A stretch of 64,000 nucleotides of DNA, taken from the NCBI RefSeq assembly GCF_036365525.1, contig NC_090379.1, forward strand, positions 34,277,790 to 34,341,789, given 5' to 3'. A program made the translations under genes and the position numbers. Shown here piece by piece: positions 13,831 to 27,949 of the stretch (positions are counted from its first letter, which is position 1; each line of letters starts with the position of its first letter). The notes under the pieces were generated by a model. The model saw only the letters and a program-made list of their open reading frames with translations. It was not told the DNA's origin and did no database searches. The DNA comes from Heterodontus francisci. Taxonomy: Eukaryota.

Positions 13831-14798
13831 CGATATCAATGATTAAATTAACTTTACAATTAAACGGCTATAATGATATCGATGACAATTTTAAAAACTA
13901 TAGTAGAAATAGCATGTCTTATTAAATGACATTAGATGCTTTGTCCCATGTAAAAATCTACACCACCTGTCAAATATAGAGTACAATTGCTGGTAAAGTT
14001 CAGTACCTCACATCCATACAGAGACAAGTAAATTCAACCAATTTGATGACACTACGCACGATATGATATCGCATTTAATTCATTTCTTATCTATGGTCAG
14101 AACTATTGAGTTTTCAGCAGATTTTGCAGATGAGCGTTATGTTTGTCTGTCCAATCCACTTATTTTAAAATGCATAAAAATTTTAAAAATATAAAACATT
14201 TCATCACCCAACAGTTAGTCTCCAGATCCACAATGACCCCTTGCCCCCACCTCCATCATGTTCATTGTTTTAAGTGGAGAAATGTACAGGAGGGTGTGGA
14301 AATAATGTCAAATCAGGGAACCTAGACTGAGGGAAGATGCATTATGATTTTGCACCCAACTTCAATCATGGCATAAAGGTAAACACTCAAGGATAAGGAG
14401 GAAGCCAGTCAAATTTTGCTTACTTTAAAAACTGCACAAACCACAACTACTGATGATTTTGCATTTTTCAGCTAATAGTTTGCTATAAATCAGATATATT
14501 CATATAGCTTTCATTAAAAAAAACTGCTCATCCACAATTTTGCTGAAACAGAATGTCACAGTCATTCAGGACCACTGTGAGTGTTGAAGGGATTTCAAGC
14601 TGTGTGCACTTGCTACACTGTCAATTTGCTATTGCTGAATGCAAGAAAAAAAGCTAAAATTTTGCAATATAAAGCTGAATACCTTGAATATATTTAGCGG
14701 TTAGAGTTTAATTCCACTTGTTACAAGTTTTCTGCTGTAAATGAACACCTTTGCAGAAATATATAGAACAGTAGAATAGCACAAAGCATCAGTAATAT

Positions 14799-15482
14799 GG
14801 GGACGGATTTTGTCGGGGCTCCAGGGGACGCGATGGCGGACAGGAAAAGCGTTAGGGGGGGTCAACCTTGTCCCGGCATTAGGGGGAGCCCCAACCACAT
14901 TTTCTGCCAATATAGCACCTGATGAGCTGTCGTCGGGGCTCCCACCCTTTAAGGGATGAGAGCCCGCCTCCAAGAGCTACCAGCCAATTGGAGGGCTGGC
15001 AGCTTCAGTCCCAGCAGCACCACTGGGAGTGGTGGCCATTGCTGGGACTGCAACCAGCTGCAAAACACATCGATTGCAAGCTGTCGGGTTGGGGGTTGCT
15101 GGGACCAGTCAGTCGGCAGGGGAGGGGGGGGGGGAATGGGTGGAGGGGGATAGGGCACCATTACCATTGGGGGGCCCCTCTGTGGGCCACAGAGTGCCCC
15201 CTCCAACCCGGAGCCCGCAGGGTTCACCAGATATGCTGCTGCCAATGTAGGGGAGGGCCCGCCTGCCACTGGTAAGATGCCAGCAGCAGCAGGAAAAGGC
15301 CCTTAATTGGCCACTTAAGTGGCACAATTGGCTTCTGGGCAGGAGGGCCATCCTCCATCTTTCCCGCTGCTAGCAAAATGCCATGGCGATGGGAAGGTGA
15401 TGGGTACGCCACATCCACCCCCCCCTCCCCTCCACCCCAACACTTTCCAGCCCACTCTTACAGCCCCCATAATGTTCAGTCC
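14799..15482. mobile_element. Diverged GC-rich MITE related to the Harbinger-type family
   Basis: Degenerate ends ggacggattttgt / taatgttcagtcc; internal cttaattggccacttaagtggc palindrome. Confidence 0.5.
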
Positions 15483-16627
15483 ATAATATGAGAAGCAGAA
15501 AGAAAGGGTATAAAATTAGAATACTTTTTTGGGTCGCAGTTACAATTCCTACTTCTTTGGTTTTAATGACTGATATCTCAGGGAGACAAATATAACAATA
15601 AACTGGCCAAACATTAATATGATGACATAATCAGAGACTCATTGTAGACAGCAATGGTAAAATGATCTTTAAGAATCTAACAGATAAAAATAAATAGCAC
15701 CATGTCCCAGCACAGATGATCTGTCCACAAAAAGCTTATCGATCATGTTCATTGTATATAAAGTAATGCTAGAGGAACAATTATACACAAAGTATCTCAC
15801 ATCACTTGAAAATTTATGATGAGGCCTTATTTTCTGAAAGCTGTCCTCAAAACAAAGCAGCTCTTCCAAGATTTGCACAGTTGATGCTGTATTTGTAAAA
15901 CCTTGTGTTTTCTCATTCACATTTGATATGTTATTGCCAGTGCATTAGCCCAGGAAACTATTATTCAGGCCAGATTTAGTTGACAAGAGCCATTTGTCAT
16001 CAAAGCCTGAAAACATGACACAGATGAATGGATGATTCCTGTCAAAATTAAAAGGAGGCAAAGCAAGTTAATAACAATGTGGCATTTAAATAGTTTTCTG
16101 GCAATTCTGCCCATGAAATTATGAGGGAGGTCCAGCGCTTTATGCTTCCTGACTACTACAGGTCCAGATTCTGAGTTACCTTGGAACTGCAAAAGATTTT
16201 TTTGAAAGAATCATTGTGTAAGAAATTAAACAATGGAAGGTAGCACTAAAATTGCAAATCAAATTTCCACAAAGTACAAATTTGAGATCAGCAACATTTA
16301 GTGAATAATAGGAATATATATTAAGGTGCAGGTCCATCTCTTTGAATGCTTGATTTTGGCGGTCAGCAAAATTTTAACAGCTTGATACAGCTTCCATAAT
16401 TCTGTAGTTCAGGAATAATCTGCATTCAAATAACTCCAAAAATAGAATGTTTATGAAAATGTCCTGAATGCACTAAATTGGTGAATGATGTGCTGTATTG
16501 TAAAACAAAACGGGGATATAGTGCCATCATGTGGTTAAGAATGACAAAATATTTCATAGCACTAAAACTAGAAGGAAAGATGCTATCCGCATCCCGAGAA
16601 TGAATAAACAAAAAAGTACCTCAGGAT

Positions 16628-16817
16628 AATAAAAGCACAAAGTGCTAGAAATACTCAGGTCAGGCAGCATCTATAGAGAGAGAATGTGATGAAAGGTTTT
16701 GACCTGAACATTAATACTGTTTGTCGCTCCACAGATACTGCCTGATCTACTGAGTATTTCCAGCATTTTCTGTTTTTATTTCAGATTTCCAGCATCTGCA
16801 GTATTTTGCTTTTGTAG
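16628..16817. mobile_element. Palindromic mini-element made of two inverted Penelope termini
   Basis: Inverted arms tgctagaaatactcag / ctgagtatttccagca; 14-bp TSD aagtacctcaggat at 16614-16627 and 16818-16831. Confidence 0.8.
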
Positions 16818-17005
16818 AAGTACCTCAGGATGTTTCTTTACAGTAGAAGTATTATATAAATATAAGTTGTTTTTGACTCAAGAAATTCATAGCAACTTGA
16901 CTTGTTTGCAAATACATTAAATGGCTTTTGAACTTTGAACAAAAGTTTACCAAAAGCTGTTTATGAAGAGAATGGCCCATTTAGGGTTAGGTCTATTTGA
17001 TATAC

Positions 17006-17206
17006 CTTATTATTTCTCCATATTCATCCCACTTTACTCTCTCTTCAGTGGCGGGGAACATGGGGTATGATTTTTTAGCCTGTTTGAAGAAACTTCCTTT
17101 GCGGCTGCTCTCGCTTTTCATCATGAGATCGTGTTTGGTTTTTCCAGTCAGTGGTTGGTCCAGGTCTTCTTCAACATCACTCTCATCACTGGAGTCAACA
17201 TCTCGC
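17006..17206 (-). CDS. CPSF2: CPSF2 coding exon 9
   Basis: [66 protein letters not shown]; 201 nt. Confidence 0.97.
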
Positions 17207-17817
17207 CTGCAAGAAAAACATAATCATGGGCACTATTAATTTAGTTCCAAACAAAGAAATGTACTGTAATGAGTATAGCTTATGTACTGAGTGTAATGAG
17301 TATATCACACCGACACAATGGCCTTTTGTTCAAAGAGTGAAATTTAGAAACTCTACTTAGACTTTAAACGTGCAGTTTAGTGCAACTATTTCATTGTGTA
17401 GTTATCCTGTGCAAAGTCTTACTTTGATCAAACTTTAACCCCTGTATCTGTTAATGATTAGAAAAATTCACACATCATATAAAGCAGTTTGAATTTTTTT
17501 TCAAGTAATACAAAAAGTAATAACGTTCAGCAGCACCCCATTCTGTTCACATTATCATGTTATGTTACATAACAGTGACAGCATTACCTACTGGTGCATT
17601 ATCGCTGGAATTCATAACTTAACATATAACAGATAGTTTCTGTACTTTTAGAACAATGCAAAGATCATGAATGGAAGGCCAGGCTTCAAAAATGGAGGTG
17701 TAATTGGCTATATATTGAAGCTTTTCTTGGCTAACTTGGGAGCAGGGAACAACCTGCAGAACTTACTCTGAAGTGATTAAATGAGGTAGAGGTCATAACA
17801 TGGTCTGTGGAAACAAT

Positions 17818-18617
17818 GGGATGAATTTTACCAGCCCCTCGACGTCGCAGGTCGTGGCGGGGGGCCAGTGAAATTCTGCAGGGAGAGGCCGCCTCGACCC
17901 CCGACGTTGAGAAGGGCCCACCACATATTATAGGCGGCAGAGGACACTCGATGCGGCCCCCTGCTGCCTGGTGGCGGGCCCTTCGTCTGCATATTTAAAT
18001 TAACATTAATAATATTTAAATAAACTTACCTGCAGGCAGCGGCCTCCCCATGCCAATTTTACGGCCGTCGTTTGTGCTTTGCACGCCTTCGGAATTCCAT
18101 ATGGAGTTCCGAAGCGAGACCCTGGTGGGGAGGGGGCAGGAATAAAATTTTCAGGGCCGGGGAGCGGGGAAATCAATTTTCATTGGTTGTGTGAATGGAG
18201 GGAAGGGGTTGAAGGGCAAATCCTTGAAGGTTGTGGGGGGGGAGTTCGGGTTAGGAATAAAGTGTTTTTTGTCAATGAGGGCCAATTGAAAGCTCATTGG
18301 GGGGGTTGGGGAAGGGCTTCCATAACGTAAGTATTTAATAAAAATTGGCAATAATGTTCCTTTATAAATTTAAATCTGTTTTAAGGGCTTAAAGCCTTTT
18401 AAAAATGGCGTCAGCACCTGCGCAGTGGCGTCGGACGGTGTTGCCGGGGCCCGGCAGCTGCCCCCTCTATGTGATCGGGGGCGGCCGCTCCGCCCCCTCC
18501 ATTTAAATGAGCCCCCACACATAATATCGCGGGGGCTGAGGGATGGCGCATCCACGCAGGAGGCACACCGCCAGAGTGTGCCGCCGCGACCTCAGGCGCA
18601 CTTGTAAAATTCAGCCC
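17818..18617. mobile_element. PIF/Harbinger-type MITE
   Basis: TIRs gggatgaattttac / gtaaaattcagccc; TSD aat on both sides. Confidence 0.85.
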
Positions 18618-18741
18618 AATGGATTTGACAGTGCAAATGGATTTTTTGCATTCACATTCACATTTTATCTTTCTATCACAAAGTTCAGCCATGTAATAAA
18701 GAGAATTTGAAATTTATGTAATACATGTAATAACACATCCA

Positions 18742-19456
18742 GGGCTGAATTTTATGAGCGCGTCACAAATCGCGGTGGCGCACTCTGATTTTGCTGTTCT
18801 TCCCACGCAGTTGCCCCGTCGCTGAGCCCCCGCAATATTTCGTGCTGGGGACTCATTTAAACGGAGGGAGCGGAGCAGCCACACCATCCCTGGCAATGGC
18901 ATCTGGCACCACCGCGCAGGCGCCATTTTTAAAGGGCTTCAAGCCCTTGGAAGAAATTTTAATTTTTAAAGTTATGTCATGTTGCATTGTTGGTAAAAAT
19001 TTAAATAAACGCTGGAGGCCATTTCCCCCCCCTCCCCCCCCCACCCCAATCTTTGTTTTTGGGCCTATATCACCAAAATTAACTTTATTCCCAACCCACC
19101 TCATAACATTTGCCCTTCAACCCCTTCCCACCACCCCCACAGCCAGTACAAAGTGTTTTCCTTGCTCCCTCCAAAACCCGCACTGATAATCTCACTGCTC
19201 CCCCCTCCCCACCAGCGTCACACCTCGGAATTCCGAATGGACTTCCAAAGGCGCAGGAGTTCTGGCCGGCAGGCGGAATATTGGCGTGGGATGCCCGCTG
19301 GGACAAAGCAAGTTAACTTGCAGCTTTTTAACTTACTTTTAATATTAAAATGAAGGGGAGGGGGCTGCACCGAGGCCTCACCATAGCTGGTAAATTGTGG
19401 CGGAAATGCCCACCCGCCACGATCTCAGACACTGGAAGGTCAGTAAAATTCAGCCC
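18742..19456. mobile_element. PIF/Harbinger-type MITE, inverted relative to 17818-18617
   Basis: TIRs gggctgaattttat / gtaaaattcagccc; TSD cca; empty-site paralog near 23200-23345. Confidence 0.85.
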
Positions 19457-19675
19457 CCAAAGTTTGATGATTAGTTTCTGAGTAATTTTCAGTGTCAAAC
19501 TCAATGAAAAGAGGAATTGCCAGCCTTTGAGAAGTGAAGATACCCAGACATCATGAACGTTAATGAACAACTTTTCAATGTGAATTATATAACCAGATCA
19601 CATGTTTACAAAGTAGCAAGACAAAATTTGCACCACAATGTTTCAGGGACAATGATCCCCTTTTAACGGTCTAAT

Positions 19676-21125
19676 ATGCGAATGTAACTCCTTTATTCAA
19701 AAAGAGAGGGAGACAGAAAGCAGGGAACTACAGGCCAGTTAGCTTAACATCTGTCTTAGGGAAAATGTTCGAAGCTATTCTTAAAGACGTTACAGCAGGA
19801 CACCTAGAAAAATACAAGGTAATCAGGCAGAGTCAACATGGTTTTGTGAAAGGGAAATCACGGTTAACCAATTTATTGGTGTTCTTTGAAGAAGTAACAT
19901 GTGCTGTGGATAAAGGGGGCGGTGGATGTACTGCACTTAGGTTTCTAGAAGACATTTGATAAGGTGCTACATCAAAGGTTGTTGCAGAATATAGAAGATT
20001 ATGGTGTAGGGGGTAACATATTAGCATGAATAGAAGATTGGCTAGCTAACAGGAAACCGACAGTAGGCATAAATGGGGTCATTTTCTGGTTGGCAAGATG
20101 TAACGAGTGGTGTGCCGCAGGGATCAGTGATGGGGCCTCAACTTTTTACAACTTATATAAATGACGGATGAAGGGACTGAAGGTATGGTTGCTAAATTTG
20201 CTGATGACAAAGATAGGTAGGAAAATAAGTTGTGAAGAGGACATAAGGAGGCTACAGAGGAATACAGATAGGTTATGTGAGTGGGCAAAGATCTGGCAAA
20301 TGGAGTATAATGTGGGAAAATGTGAAATTGTCCACTTTGGCAGGGAGAATAAAAAAGCATATTATCTAAATGGTGAGAGATTGCAGAGCTCTGAGATGCA
20401 GAAGGATATGGGTGTCTAGTGCATGAATCGCAAAAGGTTAGTATGCAGGTTCAGTAAGTTATTAGGAAAACTAGTAGAATGTTATTGTTTATTGCGAGGG
20501 GAATTGAATACAAAAGAAGGGAGGTTATGCTTCAGTTATACAGGGCAATGGTGAGACCACATCTGGTGTACTGTGTAGAGTACTGGTCTTCTTACTTAAG
20601 GAATGATGTAAATGCGTTGGAAGCAGTTCAGAGAAGGTTTACTAGACTAATACCTGGAATAGACGGGTTGTAGTATGAGGAAAGATTGGGCAGGCTAGGC
20701 TTGTATCTGCTGGAGTTCAGAGGTGAGTTTAGAGTAAGAGGCGACTTGTTTGAAACATATAAGATCCTGAGGGGTCTTGAAAGGGTGGATGTGGAAAGGA
20801 TGTTTCCCCATGTGGGAGATCTAGAACTAGGGGTCACAATTTAAAAATAAGGGGTCGCCCATTTAAGACAAGAGATGAGGAGAAATGTTTTCTCTCAGAG
20901 GGTCGTGAGTCTTTGGAACTCTCTTCCTCAAAAGGCAGTGGAAGCACAGTCTTTAAATATTTTTAAGGCAGAGGTAGATAGATTCTTGATATGCAAAGGG
21001 GTGAAAGGTTAGTGGGGGTAGGCGGGAATGTGGAGTCGGGGTTACAATCAGTTCAGCTATAATCATATTGAATGGCGGAGCAGGCGCAAGGGGCCGAGTG
21101 GCCTACTCCTGCTCCTAATTCGTAT
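19676..21125 (+). mobile_element. CR1-type LINE 3' portion
   Basis: SQHGFVKGKS, LYRAMVRPHLVYC, AVQRRFTRLIPG; CR1 3' UTR. Confidence 0.9.
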
Positions 21126-21830
21126 ACAATATGATCGTTGTGTCATACCTGGATACAAATTGTAGCCATATTAAAAATGAACTTTACAAGAGGAGTATTC
21201 AGACATGATTCAAAAAATATCATTTCAAAAATCATAAATAGATGTACGGTATCTCGTACAGTATCATTTTAAACTATGAATCTTAGTTTGCAGTTGCTCA
21301 GTTTTGGACAGAGTAAGGTGATTTTAACAGTAACCTGGTCTTGCTGGTGGACTACTGTTCTTTTCAAAATACTCTTTATAGTATTTCATACAGAGTAAAG
21401 AAATTTGAAGTGGAATTTTTTTTTCTTGCAATGTGTTTAGTTACAGAATTGAAATTGCATAAATTCTACAACATCTACTTGGTTTACGGCAGAACAGAAC
21501 ATGGAAGGCTGAGCAATAGGAACCACAAAGACAAACTGAAATTTCTCAATATACTCTGAGTCTCACTATAAAGTTCAAAATGCTTAACTCCCAAGTGATG
21601 CACTGAAGTCGCGATAGAGTGTATTTTTTTGTACCTTGTGGCTGGACATTTGTTTACTTTTTGGATTAATAAGGTCAAAGGTCTATGCAATTATGGAAGA
21701 GTTCACTGACTACTGAAATATCACCAACACACCATCAATAAAGTGGGTCCAAATTACACCCCCAGAGAGCAATAAAAAAAAAATAATCCAAACACAACTT
21801 TGTCGGGTTATATACATCCCTTCTACTTAC

Positions 21831-21931
21831 TCCTTCTCTTGTTCTTGCTTTTTAGCTGCCTCTTTCTTGAGCTTCTCCTTCTCCAGATACTCTTCCAACT
21901 CTTTCCCTTCCAATTTTACACGACGTCTAAT
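21831..21931 (-). CDS. CPSF2: CPSF2 coding exon 8
   Basis: [33 protein letters not shown]; 101 nt; tag/gtaagt. Confidence 0.96.
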
Positions 21932-22770
21932 CTATTGGAGGAAATTTATGAACATCAGAGTAGGATGACACAGAAATTGTTAATATTTCAAGGCTTACCA
22001 TAAAAATCTAATCGGGGGTTCAACTATGTAGCCAGTCAGACATAATAGGGTCCCCAGTGAAAATAAGTTAAAAGATGGACTTTTACTGAGGACCAAACTG
22101 AAAATTCAGCTCCAAGTCCTGCATAACAGAACAATTCGCTCTTTATGATTAATAAGAATTACACTTAATTCTTCAAAAACAAAACTTGTGCTCAACAGTA
22201 TATTGTTCCAAGCTCCCCATTACAGTGTTAATGCTTCTTGTTCAGTGCTCAAAAAGTTAAGCTGCTATCAGAGAAGCATTAATTGTACCTAAGTATTTAA
22301 ATAGAAAAAGGATAAAGGTACAGCTAATACAGAATGACTGTTCAGAGCTGTGGAAAATTCTACCATTGGATGGCACAAAGCACTGATACTCCAGGATGCT
22401 GACTCAATGAGCAGTGGGACGTAGACGGTGGCAGCAACTGCCCACACAGTGAATTCCTGTGGACCATTAAAAGGCAACACAGAGTACAGGTAATTTATTT
22501 TCCCCTACAGGAAAATAAATTAGTTGTTTCTGTGCAACTATTCAGGACTACTTTCAATGCATCATTGATGGATGTCTGGGAGCTGACTGCCTCTCAGGAT
22601 GGTGCAGACCCTGGGAGACCCAGAATCTTGTCCATTTGTCAAATTTCATCATCAGCTGCAAATACCTTGACTCATGTACAGTTTGGTTTTATTATGAAGA
22701 TCTTTTCATCAATACATTTAGAACAACATCTCCAATTTTAAGCTATAGCCTTTTTCAGTTTCATCCTTAC

Positions 22771-23061
22771 CTCTATATCCATTTTTTTGGTGCTAGGATT
22801 ATCGATTAAATATCTCGCTAGTGTTCCTGGTGTTGTCCTGTAAGTGAGGATCACAGAATTCTTTGGGTCCTGACACCACTGTATGAAAAGGTCACGTGAA
22901 AACCCACATTCCATATCGGATTGACTGGCCAGTACAACCTTTGGACTGGGCACTCGAGCCAGGTCCGAAAGGCTGTGACACAAAGAAAGGTGACGAAATT
23001 GAAAGGGATTGTTTCGTTTGTCTTCAAAGCATCTCATTAACTTGTCGCTCATCCATTCTAC
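22771..23061 (-). CDS. CPSF2: CPSF2 coding exon 7
   Basis: [29 protein letters not shown]...KKMDIE; 291 nt. Confidence 0.97.
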
Positions 23062-24115
23062 CTAAAATTAAAGGAATAGCCGAGACAATATTTTATCGCA
23101 GTGTCCTAATTCTAGATCATTACACATTTCATAAGAGGTGAGGGTCGTTAACAGCATAAATTAAGTAAAAGAGACTGGCGATTGTGGGGAAGTAGCATAA
23201 TGGATTATTTGCATTCATATTTTATCTTTGCATCACCCAAAGTTCGGCCATATAATAAAGGGAATTTGAAATGTATGTAATACATGTAATTACAGATGCA
23301 AAGTTTAATGAATAGTTTCTGAGTAACTTTCAGTGTCAAATTCAATAACAAAATATTTATAGACAGGCACAGACATGAATGTTCCCATTCTTTTTTTAAA
23401 AAAGGAACAAGCCAAAATGCTGGCTAATGACAGTCACATTAAGGTTGCCGATTAGAATTCAGATTTTGATAACTATAGTAAACTGATCATGGCATGCAAA
23501 CATTAAATAGAAGCATAATATTTCAGAGCAAACTACTGTCATTCTGGAAAAGTTGTAAAGTGGAGTCAAATCAGCTTATAAGCAAATGCTGAGTCACTGG
23601 AGCAAAACTTTTAGATATCCAAATGCAATTCTATGTAAAGGGTGAAGGCAAGAGATTATTTGCTTTTTAAAAATATTTATCTTCAGTCATGGACAATACT
23701 TGAATATTGATAGAAAGTTGTTTTTCCACATCCCACACTAATCAAGTAATGAAATGTACTCAGCAGGCACTAACTTTCAAAATTCTCCAATTGGTGTTCG
23801 GGCAAGAAAATCGTAAGTATTGCTTACTTTGTTGGATATATTTGTTGACAGAGCTGCACTGAAGTCAGTTGAACAGCTCATTCCTGAATTTCAGAGCTAA
23901 AATTTAGGGTTTATATAACGTTGGTGGTAGGTAGACTTTATTTTACATAAATAAAATTCCGATGACCTGTACATTTCCCTTTCTAAAAATATGGAAACCT
24001 TTTTATTTAATTGTGACAATCTATTTAAATATTGTGGAGAGGGCAAAAAACGGAACTTTCAATCAATAAGGTTTTTAATCAATGAAACTTTTCTAGTCAT
24101 TAATTTGTAAAATCA

Positions 24116-24394
<279 letters not shown>

Positions 24395-24454
24395 TTACAT
24401 TGGCATAAAACAATGGTAAATCTTAGAACTTGCAGAAATAAAACATAAAAAGAT

Positions 24455-26030
24455 AACATATGAATTAGGAGTAAGCCACTTGGCCCTTCGAGCCTGCTCC
24501 ACCATTCAATAAGTTCATGGCTGAACTGATTACTCCACATTTCCACCTACCCCCTTGCATATCAAGAATCTATTTACCTCTGCCTTAAAAATACTCAAAG
24601 ACTCTGCTTCCACTGCCTTTTGAGGAAGAGAATTCCAAAGACTCATGACCGTCTGAGAAAACATTTCTCCTCATCTCTGTCTTAAATGGGCGACAACTTA
24701 TTTTTAAACAGTGACCCCTAGTTCGAGATTCTCCCACAAGGGGAAACATCTTTTCCACATCCACCCTGCCAAGACCCCTCAGAATCTTATATGTTTCAAT
24801 CAAGTCGCCTCTTACTCTTCTAAATTCCGGCGGATACAAGCCTAGCCTGTCCAATCTTTCCTCATGAGACAGCACGCGCATTCCAGGTATTAGTCGAGTA
24901 AATCTTCTCTGTACTGCCTCCAACGCATTTACATCCTTCCTTAAATAAGGAAAGCAGTGCTGTACACAGTACTCCAGATGTGGTCTCACCAATGCCCTGT
25001 AAAGCTAAAACATAACCTCCCTACTTTCGAATTCAATTCCTCTTGCGATAAACGATAACATTATATTAGTTTTCCTAATTACGTGCTGTACCTGCATGCT
25101 AACCTTTTGCGATTCATGCACTCGGACACCCAGATCCCTCTGCATCTCAAAGCTCTGCAATCTCTCACCATTTAGATAATATGCTTCTTCTTTATTCTTC
25201 CAGTCAAAGTGGACAATTTCACAGTTTCTCACGTTATACTCCATTTGCCAGGTCTTTCGCAGCCCCCTTATGTCCTCTTCACAAGTTACTTTCCTACCTA
25301 TCTTTGCGTCATCAGCAAATTTAGCAACCATACCTTCGGTCCCTTCCTAACTTGTAAAAAGTTGAGGTCCCATCATTGATCCTTGTGGCACACCAATCGT
25401 TGCATCTTGCCAACCAGAAAATGACCCATTTATGCCTACTGCCTGTTTCCGGTTAGCTGGCCAATCTTCTATCCATGCCAATATGTTACCCCCTATTCCA
25501 TGAGATTCTATTTTGTGCAATAACCTTTGATGTGACACCTTATCAAATGCCTTCTGGAAATCCAAGTACAATATATCCACCGTTTCCCCTTAATCCACAG
25601 CACATGTAACTCCCTCAAAGAACTCCAATAAATTGGTTAAACATGATTTCCCTTTCACAATACCATGTTGACTCTGCCTGATTACCTTGAATTTTTCTAA
25701 ATGCCTTGCTTAATAATAGCTTCCAACATTTTCCCTAAGAAAGATGTGAAGCCAACTGGCCTGTAATTTCCTGCTTTCTGTCTCCCTCCCTTTTTGAATA
25801 AAGGACTTACATTTGCTATTTTCCAATCTAATGGAACCTTCCCTGAATCCAGGGAATTTTGGAAAATTAAAACTAACGCATCAATTATCTCACTAGCCAC
25901 TTCTTTTAACACCCTAGGATGAAGTCCATCAGGACCCAGGAACTTTTCAGCCCGCAGCTCCAACAATTTGTTCAGTACCACTTCCCTGGTGATTGTAATT
26001 TTCTTGAGTTTCTCCCTCCCTTCCATTTCC
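24455..26030 (-). mobile_element. CR1-type LINE 3' portion
   Basis: [38 protein letters not shown]; closely similar to 19676-21125 in reverse. Confidence 0.92.
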
Positions 26031-26291
26031 ATAACATTTGTGCTAAATGTATATGTCCAATGCAAGGGCTCCCAATCATACTCAGGTGCGATCCACGTAC
26101 TCAATTCTACGGAGGATCCACATTTCTTTACTTCTATACTGGCTTTTATGCTCTTCCTCTGCTTGTTACTCTCCTTTTTGCTCTAGTGGTTACCTCCTTG
26201 TTTTTCCTCCCTCCTTTACCTTAATCTACCTGGAAAATTAAAGATATTTGCATTTTCTAAGATTTAACGAGTTTTACTCATTCGAGGTTTA

Positions 26292-26835
26292 CATAGGAAC
26301 ATACGAATTAGGAGAAGTAGGCCATTCACCCCCTCAAGCCTGCTCCGCCATTCAATAAGATCATGGCTGATCTGTTTGTGTCTCAAGTTTCACACACCCA
26401 TCTATCCCTGATAACCTCTGATTCCCTTGCCTAACAAGAATCTATCTAGCTCCGCCTTAAAATTATTCAACGACCCTGCCTCCACCACCTTCTGAGGCAG
26501 AGAGTTCCAAAGTCGCACAACCCTCTGAGAGCAAAGATTTCTCATCTCTGTTCTAAAAGGGCGACCCCTAATTTTAAAACAGTGCCCCCTAGTTCAGGAA
26601 TTCTCCACAGGAGGAAACATCCTTTCCACATCCACCTTGTCAAGACCGTTCAGGATCTTATAAACTTCAATTAAGTCTCCCCTCACTCTTCTAAACTCCA
26701 GTGAAAACAAGCCCAGTCTGTCCAACTTTTCCTCATAAGATAACCTGCTCATTCCAGGTATCAATCTAGTAAACCTCCTCTGAACCGCCTCCAACGCATT
26801 CACATCTTTCCTTAAATAAGGAGACCAAAACTGCA
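26292..26835 (-). mobile_element. CR1-type LINE 3' end
   Basis: QFWSPYLRKDVNALEAVQRRFTRLIPG and CR1 3' UTR. Confidence 0.88.
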
Positions 26836-27949
26836 AACATGCTTTTTCCTCACAAATAGAACCACACTTAGGATCATCCGGTTTAAACTTTTTAGGATGT
26901 GGCCTTCTAGAAATGGTACAAAGAGAGGGATTGGGGAGGCTTTAAATCAATATAGGCATTCACCCCATTATGCAAAAGCATGCCAGGGCATGTAAATTCT
27001 AATTCTGCAGCTTTAAAAATCCACTTTCTACCAACATGTAGCACCATGGTGCACAAAAACTGTATCAGAATTCTCATTAGAGGGCAGCCTGTGGTATGTT
27101 GGCCATGGAAAATGGGGGAGAGGGATTAAAATGATACTGAAGTGCTGGCCCCCGAGTCTGACGGCTGCCTCCATGCATCAAGCAGGCTTTAGCCGCTGCA
27201 GGGGGCCTGCTGGCTGACTGGAAAATTCTAGTCAGCCTCAGAACAGGCCCTTTAATTGCCTAATTAGGCGGCAAGTAGCCATCAACCAACACCCCCCACC
27301 CCTCAAATCTGCCTCCACTAATATTGGCCAGAGGCAGGAACATGCCGACAAACCAACGCATCACTCTCCGATGCCAATTTTCTGGCCCTTCTGCCTCCGG
27401 TTCCGCCTCTAGCGCAATTCAAAAATTCTGCCCATTATCTTTGCCCTTACTTCCAAAAGCAAAATAATGCCAGTTCCAGTTATACTGGGTAATTTGAACT
27501 GAAGCATTGAGTAAGGTTATGCAAAGATTTAGCTGCAAACCTATATTGAATTTGTCTCAAATTACGCTTTTGTTGGATGTACAAGCAAATTATAGCTCAA
27601 ACAAGATGGCGCAAAGAAACTATTAGCTATTGCAAAATCAAATCAAGCTGCGTGGAGTTTTACTTAAGTAAACGTATTTAGAACAGTCTGGCTATTTTGA
27701 AGATTACCAGAGATAGCCAAGGGTGAAGTTGCCCTCCTGTTCACTGCGATCTTCAAGAAATCTATCCTTTACTTGGTAATTCCTCTTACCCATCCACTGT
27801 CAATCTCTCTGTTGCCTTGGAGGACTCAGGCCCTGCTTGCCACTTCAGCTAAAAACTCTGGAAATTATACATTGCACTGTATATCATACAATTGGAAAAC
27901 TAGGAACCGGTACATCAGTCTTAGGTTGCTGGTTTATATTTCAGCCAGA

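Noticed and set aside
14701-19570. Clusters of overlapping 60-130 aa GC-rich ORFs
   Set aside because: They fall inside GC-rich MITEs where stop codons are rare; no protein family is recognisable
23200-23345. Duplicated segment as an intronic snoRNA
   Set aside because: No convincing terminal C/D boxes or H/ACA hairpin layout on the sense strand by eye
26035-26229. Cryptic or poison CPSF2 exon after ttttccag on the minus strand
   Set aside because: Only an acceptor-like match between two CR1 copies; no recognisable coding similarity or other support
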